NCBI GenBank assembly: GCA_023953845.1
Contig: JAMLJC010000002.1
Location: forward strand, 55,421 to 119,420
Direction of reading: 5' to 3'
Source: Rhizobiaceae bacterium
Lineage (GTDB): Bacteria > Pseudomonadota > Alphaproteobacteria > Rhizobiales > Rhizobiaceae
DNA length: 64,000 bases
Below the pieces are notes generated by a model. The model ran no database searches. It had not been told where the DNA came from and saw only the letters and a program-made list of their open reading frames with translations. The translations under genes and the position numbers were made by a program. This document shows, one piece after another, positions 36,583 to 44,702 of the stretch (positions within the stretch are counted from its first letter, which is position 1; the number at the start of each line of letters is the position of its first letter).

Positions 36583-37287
36583 TCAGTTGCGGCCCATAAT
36601 GACCATGCCGCCGCCGATCTCGACCGGCTCATAGATGGACGCCGCCTTGTCCCCGCCAAAACGCAGTTGGACCGCTCCGGCCACGTTAATGACGTTACTC
36701 CGGACGGCGTTCAGCGCCTTGCTGATTTCCTGATCGACGAGGGCCCATCTTCGGTCATCGAGGTTACGGTCAAACCCCACCAGCGCAATTCCCGGAATTG
36801 CATAAAGCCGCTTGTCCCCCTTGCCGCCGGCGGCGATCGGCGTCATCTCGACCTGGACGAACAGCGCGCCGTTCAGAATCCACTTCTCATCGTCGGTGAG
36901 CTCTTCGCCAAAGAAGTAGTTGCGCAGCGCCGCGCGAAACCGCAACAAATCGTTATCAGAAGACGCGATCGCGTTGAGCTTGGCATTTGCCAGCGCGTCG
37001 GGTTCCACGGCGACGGGTTGGTAGTCCCGAACAAAATCGCTGAAAGCCTTGCAATCCTCCTGGAGGACGCCCCCGCTCACATTAGGTGCCTCGCCCGCTT
37101 TAAGTTTCTCCCTGGCCTTATCGCTGTTTTGGAAGAAGAACGTCATGTCCTTCAGAGAAGTTGGTTTGTTCTGGGTGATCCATCTCTGGTATCGAACGTA
37201 AAAGTCTTCGTTTCCTTCCTCTATCCAAACGCTGGCCTGTGGGTCAGCCGTATATATTGCGCAGAAATTGGGATCACCAGCAGACAT
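36583..37287 (-). CDS. hypothetical protein, 234 aa, no recognisable family; first gene of the YcaO-TfuA cassette
   Basis: Strong SD (GAGGGAGGG) just upstream of ATG 37287. Coding-like composition. No signal peptide, TM segment or cofactor motif recognised. C-terminus ...IYEPVEIGGGMVIMGRN. Confidence 0.7.
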   Translation of the reverse strand: MSAGDPNFCAIYTADPQASVWIEEGNEDFYVRYQRWITQNKPTSLKDMTFFFQNSDKAREKLKAGEAPNVSGGVLQEDCKAFSDFVRDYQPVAVEPDALANAKLNAIASSDNDLLRFRAALRNYFFGEELTDDEKWILNGALFVQVEMTPIAAGGKGDKRLYAIPGIALVGFDRNLDDRRWALVDQEISKALNAVRSNVINVAGAVQLRFGGDKAASIYEPVEIGGGMVIMGRN

Positions 37288-37359
37288 GCTAACCCTCCCT
37301 CGGAAACAATACTTGACTGTACTATTATCTTTTCCGTTCGAATTTGAATTGAATGCGCT

Positions 37360-37380
37360 TAACTGGTAATTGTAACTGGT
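37360..37380. promoter_or_regulatory. direct repeat TAACTGGT-N5-TAACTGGT in the AT-rich region upstream of the cassette
   Basis: Read directly (37360-37367 and 37373-37380). An adjacent GAATTTGAATTGAAT iteration lies at about 37340-37355. Confidence 0.3.
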
Positions 37381-37673
37381 TTTTTCGGAGTTGGAAAGGC
37401 TGTGCCGTTACCGGGGAGCAGGTCAGTCTGAAATTCGGAGGCGGGCATGGATATCGCCCGCCACTTTATCGCGGAGACACTGTGATGCCAGTCGCGCTCG
37501 TCAGTCGACTGATCATTACAATCGATCCTTCATATGAATTCATCGCCGCGTTTTGCAGGGACCGCGAACGATCGGCCTCCCGGCTTCCTTTACGTCGGGC
37601 AGCGCAACAATGTTTGCGATCTCGCGCCAGTGCATCCGGCGGGTCTATAGCGGGCTAGGCCCTCTCCGACGAC

Positions 37674-37820
37674 CTATTCAGGTCGGATGTTCTGGTTGAT
37701 CCTGAAGAGATTGGCAGGGTCGAACTTGCGCTTCAGCTCAACAAGGCGCGGATAGTTGTTGCCATAGGTGGCGCGCAGCCGCGCATCGCCTTCATCATCC
37801 ATCATGAAGTTCGGGTAACC
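37674..37820 (-). pseudogene. FAD-linked oxidase, BBE-domain C-terminal fragment
   Basis: ...GYPNFMMDDEGDARLRATYGNNYPRLVELKRKFDPANLFRINQNIRPE matches the berberine-bridge-enzyme C-terminal signature. The whole FAD-binding part is absent. Confidence 0.5.
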
Positions 37821-37838
37821 GCGCTGAGGAACGTCTCG

Positions 37839-38483
37839 ATGGAGGTGGCCCAACACGACGTCGTGGCCCTGCTCGGCTCCAACGGCGCGGGAAAGTCGAC
37901 GCTCCTGTCCGCTATAATGGGCGTTATGGAGGGTATCGTCGAAGGCTCTATCCTACTCGACGGCGTCGACATCACATCGCAGCCGAGCGAAAGGATCGTC
38001 GGCCTCGGCCTGGCGCTCGTTCCGGAAGGTCGCGATCTCTTCGGCGATCTCACTGTCGAGGAAAACTTGTCGATTGGTGCCTATCTCCGGCGAGACAAGG
38101 CGGCCATCGCGGCAGATCTCGAGGACGTTTTCGCGCTGTTTCCGCGGCTGATGGAGCGGCGCAAGCAGGTGTCAGCGACGCTGTCGGGTGGAGAGCAGCA
38201 GATGGTGGCGATCGGCCGGGCGCTGATGTCACGGCCCCGGATTCTGCTGCTCGACGAGCCGTGCCTCGGCTTGGCGCCGATCTTCGTGATCGAAATCATG
38301 CGCTACATCAAGCGCATCAACGAGAAGGGCACGACGATCTTACTGATCGAGCAGAACGTTCGTCAGGCCCTGTCCGTCGTATCCAGAGCATATGTCCTGG
38401 AGAAAGGGACGATACGCATATCCGGAACTGCCGAAGAACTCAGGAGTCATGGGGACGTATCTTCTGCATATCTGGGATCGTAG
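37839..38483 (+). pseudogene. LivF-type branched-chain amino acid ABC ATPase, 5'-truncated (possibly still expressed from internal ATG)
   Basis: Begins inside the region just before Walker A (..VSMEVAQHDVVALLGSNGAGKST). About 20 N-terminal residues and the upstream livH/M/G-type genes are missing. Confidence 0.7.
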
Positions 38484-38505
38484 CTTTATTATTGGAGGAG
38501 AAGAC

Positions 38506-39660
38506 GTGAGAAACAAGATATTATTATCTGCACTAGCGTTGTTTTGCACCAGTGCGCTCGCCGTGCAAACGCATGCCGAGGACGGTGTCACCGACACCGA
38601 GGTCACCATCGGCTCGTATCTGCCGCTACAAAGCCCGCTCGCGGCCGCGGCAACCCAGTATCGGGACGGGCTCAAGGCCTATTTCGACTGGGTAAACGAC
38701 AATGGCGGCGTCAACGGCCGCAAGATCAACTGGATCGTCGAGAACGATTCCTACAATCCGCAGCAATCGGTCGCGGTCGTCAAGAAGCTGGTTGACCGGG
38801 ACGGCGTATTGGCAATCGTGGGAACCTTGGGAACCAGCAACAACCTCGCCACGCTCGCCTTCCTCAGGCAGCGCGGCGTGCCCCTCATCGGACCAATGGG
38901 AAGTGGGCCGGAACTTGGTTCTCCGACCGACGAAGTCGTGTTTCCAATCGCCCCGTTGGGCACCCTGCACGGAACGTCGCTCACAGAGTTCGCGGATAAG
39001 GACTTGAAGGCCAAGACGATAGCCATCTTCTATCAGGATGATCAGCTCGGCGAGGAAATCTCGAAGGGTGTGGAAGACTACGTGGCCAAGAGTGACATTA
39101 AGATCGTGGCGCGTGCTGCTTATCTGCCCTCCGACGTGGACGTCAGCGTCCAAGCTCTGACCCTGAAAGAAGCCAATCCGGACGCGGTGATCCTGGCATC
39201 CATTCCAAAGCACGGCGCGCTGTTCATGGTCGAGGCGGCGAAGCTGGGCTGGAAGCCGCATTTCCTATCGACCGAGGTGATGGCCGACAAGGTTGTGAAG
39301 GATCTGGCCGGCGCCGCCGTGGATGGCCTCTACGTGAACCTTTACGCCGCGCTCGAGATGATGGAGAGCAAGGAGGTTGCCGAGGCCACCAAGATGATAG
39401 AGAAGTACACACCCGAGACTCCGCCCGGATATTGGTCTTTCGTCGGCATGTCGGGTGCCAAAATCTTCGTGGAGGGCCTCAAGAAGGCCGGAGCCGATCT
39501 CACTCGCAAGAGTCTTGCTGACACACTGAACTCTATGGGCAAGGTCGAGACAGGGCTCATTCCGCCCGTCACCTACCAAGCCGGCCAGCGGTTCGGACCA
39601 ACCACGGTCGGTTATGCTCAATGGCGCAACGGCCAGGTGGAGATCGTCCGTCCCTGGTAG
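38506..39660 (+). CDS. LivK/LivJ-type ABC substrate-binding protein
   Basis: GTG 38506 preceded by GGAGGAG. Signal peptide MRNKILLSALALFCTSALAVQTHA. Confidence 0.85.
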   Translation: MRNKILLSALALFCTSALAVQTHAEDGVTDTEVTIGSYLPLQSPLAAAATQYRDGLKAYFDWVNDNGGVNGRKINWIVENDSYNPQQSVAVVKKLVDRDGVLAIVGTLGTSNNLATLAFLRQRGVPLIGPMGSGPELGSPTDEVVFPIAPLGTLHGTSLTEFADKDLKAKTIAIFYQDDQLGEEISKGVEDYVAKSDIKIVARAAYLPSDVDVSVQALTLKEANPDAVILASIPKHGALFMVEAAKLGWKPHFLSTEVMADKVVKDLAGAAVDGLYVNLYAALEMMESKEVAEATKMIEKYTPETPPGYWSFVGMSGAKIFVEGLKKAGADLTRKSLADTLNSMGKVETGLIPPVTYQAGQRFGPTTVGYAQWRNGQVEIVRPW

Positions 39661-39670
39661 ACGCAATGAG

Positions 39671-39711
39671 CCGGCCCGGAAGAACCTCGTCTCTGGGCCG
39701 GTCTTCGGTTT
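39671..39711 (+). terminator. possible terminator hairpin after the SBP gene
   Basis: CCGGCCC (39671-39677) pairs with GGGCCGG (39695-39701), with a 17-nt loop, followed by TCTTCGGTTT. The large loop makes this weak. Confidence 0.3.
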
Positions 39712-39747
39712 ACCTTCCGGCAGCCACGACTGCAGACGGGAATCGCG

Positions 39748-40647
39748 ATGAGAACTCTCGAAATCGGCAAGTTCACGGTCGACAGCATCGTTGAGCTCGA
39801 ACGCGTGCCGCGGGCGCCGGAGTGGCTGTTCCCGAACGTCACGCGTGAGATGGTGGAGCAACACAAGAAGAAGCTCGGCGCAAACTTCGTCAACCAGAGA
39901 ACGAACGAGCTCTACTTGTGCTTCCAGAGCTTCCTAATACGGGCGCACGGAAAGAACATTCTGGTCGATTCTTGCAACGGCAACCACAAGTCGAGGAAAA
40001 CTATCCCATTTCTCGATCAACTCGACAGCCTTGCCTATCTCAGCAATCTGGCCAGGCTGGGCTTAAAGCCGGACGACATCGATCTAGTGTGTTGCACGCA
40101 CCTACACACGGACCACGTTGGCTGGAACACCCGGCTGGACAATGGGCGCTGGGTTCCGACCTTTCCCAATGCCAAATATCTGATGTCGGCCAGGGAGTTC
40201 GATTATTTCAAGCGCCAGAATGCCGAGGATCCGGAGAAGCCGGCGAATCACGGGGCCTTCAATGACAGCGTGCTGCCCGTTCACGACGCCGGGCTAGCGC
40301 AACTGGTGGAACTTGCAGAAGACAAGAGCGTGCTACTGGACGAGGGCATCGAGCTCCAAGCAGCGCACGGACACTCCGTCGGCCACATGGCCATGAGGCT
40401 CGCATCGCAGGGCGCGTCAGCAATCTTGTGCGGCGACGCCATTCATAGTCCCATCCAGTTCCTGGAACCACAGCTTTACAACATGGCCGATCTGTTCCCC
40501 GAGCAGGCGCGACAGACGCGCCACCGCATCCTGTCGGATTGCGCGGCCAATGGTTCCTTCCTGCTTCCGGCCCATTTCCCTTCGCCTACCGCAGCGTTGA
40601 TCGAGGCATGTGACAATGGCTTCGCCTGCCGGTTCGTGGGAGAATAG
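39748..40647 (+). CDS. MBL-fold metallo-hydrolase (lactonase-like)
   Basis: CTHLHTDHVGWN (HxHxDH) plus downstream His and Asp ligands. Confidence 0.85.
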   Translation: MRTLEIGKFTVDSIVELERVPRAPEWLFPNVTREMVEQHKKKLGANFVNQRTNELYLCFQSFLIRAHGKNILVDSCNGNHKSRKTIPFLDQLDSLAYLSNLARLGLKPDDIDLVCCTHLHTDHVGWNTRLDNGRWVPTFPNAKYLMSAREFDYFKRQNAEDPEKPANHGAFNDSVLPVHDAGLAQLVELAEDKSVLLDEGIELQAAHGHSVGHMAMRLASQGASAILCGDAIHSPIQFLEPQLYNMADLFPEQARQTRHRILSDCAANGSFLLPAHFPSPTAALIEACDNGFACRFVGE

Positions 40648-40734
40648 CTTTGGTCCCTGAACGCCTCTGCCGTCGAAGCTAAGACACGTCCAAGCCGCCG
40701 ATGGCGGATGCTTGAGCAACTCAGCGGCTCAAGA

Positions 40735-41208
40735 CTAGCGGCGCCAGATGTCCCGGTCACGCTCGAAATTGAGTTTCGCCTCGTGGGCCGAAACGACCTT
40801 ATCGACGATCGTCATCAGCAACTCGCGCTCGCGGGCCGTTAGCGGCCCGAGAAGCTTCGTACGCGCCTCCTCGACGAAGGGGCGTGCCGCTTCCAGCAAT
40901 CGGTCTCCCGCCTCGCTCAAGGCCACGTTTCGTGTGCGTCTGTCGTGCTCGCCGATGGTGCGCACGATGAGCTTCTTGGCCTCGAGACGCTCAACGATGT
41001 CTCGTACCGTAGAGGTGTCGAGAACGGAGATTTTCGCGATGGAGATCTGATCAATACCTCCTTTTGCCTTAACGACATTCAGTATCGTGTATTGCAGAGG
41101 GGTAAGCTCAAACTCCTTGAGGCTTCTGATATAGAGCGCCATGGCAACCTGCTGCAGGCGGCGTATCATGAATCCAGGGTTCTTCTCATAAGCAAGATCA
41201 AGATTCAT
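40735..41208 (-). CDS. MarR family transcriptional regulator
   Basis: 157 aa, winged HTH (LTPLQYTILNVVKAKGGIDQISIAKISVLDTSTVRDIVERLEAKKLI). Confidence 0.9.
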   Translation of the reverse strand: MNLDLAYEKNPGFMIRRLQQVAMALYIRSLKEFELTPLQYTILNVVKAKGGIDQISIAKISVLDTSTVRDIVERLEAKKLIVRTIGEHDRRTRNVALSEAGDRLLEAARPFVEEARTKLLGPLTARERELLMTIVDKVVSAHEAKLNFERDRDIWRR

Positions 41209-41637
41209 GGGTTTCGTTGCAGTTCCCGTTTATGAAACTAAGATCGTGAGTATGCCCGACCAGCGTAGGCTTATAAAGGGAGGCCGCAACGAATTCCTGC
41301 CTGATTGTCGTTTGCAGTCCGGGGGGACTCGCACGCAGATGCTACGCCCTTTTTGATAATAGCCACCCCGCGCGAGAGCGAGGCTGCTCATGTCCTGTCT
41401 GGCAGGTATGCTGGCCACCCCACCCCTCCCGACTTTATCGTCGGGGCGGTGTACGCGCGCGACCGCCTGATACTCGCGATCTTAGCCTGATCGCGCAATC
41501 GGTTGACGTTTGCCGGATTAACGCGTGGTAATCTCCGGACTGGAGAGGGGCTCGTCTTTGCAAATCCGGCTTGGCCAGAAGTACAGCATCTCACCCATAG
41601 CTGGACGTGCGCCTGCCACAGTCCGCAAACGCAGCAG

Positions 41638-42377
41638 TTGCTGAAGCATATCGACAGAGGCCTGTCGCGCCGTTCGGTTCTGAAAGGGATCGCGGCGAGC
41701 CTTGCCGCCCCGACTCTCGGCATTGCCGGTCCGGCCTTTGCGCAAAGCCCTCTAAAGCCGATCCTGCTCACGAACGTGCGTATCTTCGACGGAACAGGCA
41801 GCGAGCTTGTCGAAGACCAGGACGTGCTGGTCGAGGGCAACATGATCAAGGCGCTGATCGCTGGCGCCGAGACGGTCGCCGATGCGGATGTGATCGACTG
41901 CGGTGGACGGACACTGATGCCCGGCATGATCGACGCGCACTGGCATTCGATCCTTGCCGGCATCTCCCAAGGTGGCGGCGATGACCGCCGACATATACCC
42001 TATGTCCATCTTGGTCGCCGCCCAGGAAGCCGAGCGCACCGTGCTTCGCGGCTTTACGATGGTTCGCGACGTCGGCGGTCCGGCTATTCGCCCTGAAGCG
42101 CGCCATCGACGAGGGGCGCATCGCGGGGCCGCGCATCTATCCATCTGGCGCCATGATCTCGCAAACTTCCGGACATGGTGACTTCCGCATGCGGATGGAA
42201 GTGCCGCGGACCCTGCAAAGCGATCTCAGCGTGGCGGAGCAGGCGGGTGCCTATGCGGACATGCTGGTGGTCGACGGCAATCCGTTTGAGGACATTTCGC
42301 TGATCGTAGATCCCGACCGGACCATGAAGATCATCATGAAGGATGGGCGCATTCACAAGAACACGCGTGCAGCTTGA
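41638..42377 (+). pseudogene. amidohydrolase-family (imidazolonepropionase-like) gene with two frameshifts and an internal deletion
   Basis: The Tat-like leader (RGLSRRSVLKG...) and MIDAHWHS motif are in one frame, ...ILVAAQEAERTVLRGFTMVRDVGGPAI in a second, and ...PSGAMISQTSGHGDFR...DMLVVDGNPFEDISLI in a third. The total is only about 245 codons. Confidence 0.65.
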
Positions 42378-43232
42378 AGGAGAAATCCTTCAACAGAGAT
42401 GCTGCCGTCGCAGTTCTGTCCCTTTGTGGCGCACAGGCCGCCTATGCCGCCGACGCCACCCTTGATCTGCCGGAAGAGCCTGCCCGGGAGTCATGGGGCG
42501 CCCGGACTGGGCATTGCAGATCACGCCCTATATGTGGGCGGCCGGCCTCGAAGGCAGTATTTCGCCGTTCCGGCACGGGCCGACAATCGGCGTCGAGAAG
42601 TCCTTTTCCAATGTCATGGAAGATCTCAACTTCGGCGGCTTCGTGAACATATGGGGACGCTACGACCGCTTCGTCTTCTCCGGCGATGTGATGTATGTCG
42701 ATACCACCGGCGGTCATGGCACCGGTCCGCTACCGGCGACGCAGATTCCGGGACTTGGCATGATACCGCCTGGAGCCAACGTCAATGCGGAAGTCGATAC
42801 GAAACAGTTCACGGCAACATTACAGGGCGGCTACCGCGTCATTGATACGCCACACGTCACTCTGACGCCCTGGCGGGTGCGCGTTTCTGGTATATCTCGA
42901 ACGATGTGACGGTCACCGCAAGTCACCCCGCTATCGGGACCCTGTCGGCCAGCCATGGCGAGAGCTTCGGTTGGGTGGACCCGGTGATCGGTTTACGCGC
43001 ATTCCTTCCCCTGACGGAAAAGCTGTCTTTTCAGGCCCAGGCGGACATCGGCGGCTTCGGCGCGGGCTCCGATTTCGCATGGTCGGCACTGGCGACCGTC
43101 AACTACGTCTTCACCAACCGTCTTTCCGCCTCGGCCGGCTATAAGGTGCTTGACGTCGACTATAATCACGGCGGTCATGTCTTCGACGCGCGCCTGAGCG
43201 GTCCTGTGCTGGGCTTGACCTATCGTTTCTGA
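42374..43232 (+). pseudogene. outer-membrane beta-barrel protein gene with two frameshifts
   Basis: The signal peptide frame (42374-) switches near 42490 to DWALQITPYMWAAGLEGS..., then near 42862 to DALAGARFWYISNDVTVTAS...GLTYRF (terminal Phe). Confidence 0.6.
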
Positions 43233-43325
43233 CCGACAGAAACGATGCTGCGAGAGCATCATCTCTGTCGGCGTGCAAACCTTCTGATGTGTATATTCCG
43301 GCAGGAGCTGCCGGAATGCTCTCCT

Positions 43326-44606
43326 TCAGGTCCGCTTGAAGGCGCCGTTCTCCCAGCCTTCGAACTTGCCGGTGAAGAAATCCACCTTACCGAAGCCGAG
43401 CAGGTTCAGGACCGTATAGCTGTGCGAGAGCTGCAGTCCGCCGCGGGTGAAGAGCACGACGCGCTTGTCGGGCGTGACGCCGGCGTCCGCATAAAGCTTC
43501 TTCAGCTCTTCGGCCGGCAGCAGCACGCGGTCCTTGTCCAGCGTCTTGTCCCAATAGACGTTGACCGATCCGGGGATATGGCCGGCCTGGTAGTCCGATG
43601 GCGAGCGGACGTCGACGACGATGACGCCCGGATCGGCCGCAAGCGCCTTCACGTCAGCCTCGCTGAGGAATTCCGGCGCGTTGTCCGATTGCTTGCCCGT
43701 GCCTTCGAACGTGTAGTTGGCGAGCGAGACCTGCTGGCCGGAGCGCGGGTCACGGCTCCATTCGTCCCAGCTCGCATCGTAAAGCACCACGTTCCTGTAG
43801 CCGAGGTTTTTCAGCGCGAGGTAGTTGTTTGCCGCCGCGACGCCGCTGCCGCAATAGGAGACAACCTCGCGGTCCGGCTCGACGCCCTTCGATTGCAGCA
43901 GCGCGGTCAACACCGGCTCGGACTGCAGCGTCGCATCCTTGTTGAGCAGGCTCGCGGCCGGCAGGGCCTGCGCACCGGGGATATGGCCATCGGCATAGGC
44001 CTCCTCGTTGCGCCCGTCGATGATGACGGCATCCGACGCGCCGACCTTGCCGGCGACATAGGCCTTGTCGACGCGGATGTCGTTCTTCTGGTCGAGCTTG
44101 AAGTCGCTTGCGGCGACCGTCACGGCATCCGTCGACAGATCCTTCTTCCAGGCCGCCACGCCGCCGTCGAGCACATGCGTCCTGGCGCCAAGGCCGGCAT
44201 ATTCGAAGGCGACATAGGCGCGGCCGGGCAGGGCGGTCGTGTCGTAGATGAGGATCGTATCGCCGTATTTCAGGCCGGCGGAGCGGATCTCCTTCTCGAA
44301 GGTTTCGTCGCTGGCGAATTCGTTGCGGATGCCGTCCGCCTCGGACACGTTGAGACGCTGCCAGGGCAGGTTCACGGCGCCGGGAATGTGGCCCTTGGCG
44401 TAGGCGGCTTCGGAGCGGACGTCGACGACTTTGGCGCCGCCGGCGATGAGTTCTTCCGCCTGCGGCGCGGAGACGATTATCGGCAGCGCCGTTTCCGCCT
44501 GCGCGATCGCCGCGGTCATGAGAAACGCGGTGGAAGGTATGACTGCTGACGAAGCGGCGAAGAAGACGCCGGCGAGAAGCTGGGAGCGGAAATCCGAGAT
44601 ATGCAT
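43326..44606 (-). CDS. periplasmic multi-rhodanese-domain sulfurtransferase
   Basis: Start reassigned to ATG 44606, with a signal peptide. Three rhodanese-like repeats (VVDVRSEAAYAKGHIPGAVNLPW; SYCGSGVAAANN active-site loop; VVDVRSPSDYQAGHIPGSVNVYW). Confidence 0.8.
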   Translation of the reverse strand: MHISDFRSQLLAGVFFAASSAVIPSTAFLMTAAIAQAETALPIIVSAPQAEELIAGGAKVVDVRSEAAYAKGHIPGAVNLPWQRLNVSEADGIRNEFASDETFEKEIRSAGLKYGDTILIYDTTALPGRAYVAFEYAGLGARTHVLDGGVAAWKKDLSTDAVTVAASDFKLDQKNDIRVDKAYVAGKVGASDAVIIDGRNEEAYADGHIPGAQALPAASLLNKDATLQSEPVLTALLQSKGVEPDREVVSYCGSGVAAANNYLALKNLGYRNVVLYDASWDEWSRDPRSGQQVSLANYTFEGTGKQSDNAPEFLSEADVKALAADPGVIVVDVRSPSDYQAGHIPGSVNVYWDKTLDKDRVLLPAEELKKLYADAGVTPDKRVVLFTRGGLQLSHSYTVLNLLGFGKVDFFTGKFEGWENGAFKRT

Positions 44607-44702
44607 GGCATGGCCCCTGAATTGATGACCACGCAATAGTCTACAAAGTCGGTAGACAATGAAGTTCGCGTTTTGCGTATTCGACGCGGAAAGCGGAACG
44701 GT

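Noticed and set aside
34624-37287. Identification of the cassette as the trifolitoxin (tfx) cluster
   Set aside because: Only the TfuA-like and YcaO-like genes are present. No short TfxA-type precursor or other tfx-like genes (nitroreductase-like, immunity or export) are seen nearby.
37353-37658. 101-aa plus-strand ORF in the AT-rich region
   Set aside because: It runs against the direction of the cassette through its probable promoter, has an odd composition and no RBS. It is likely spurious.
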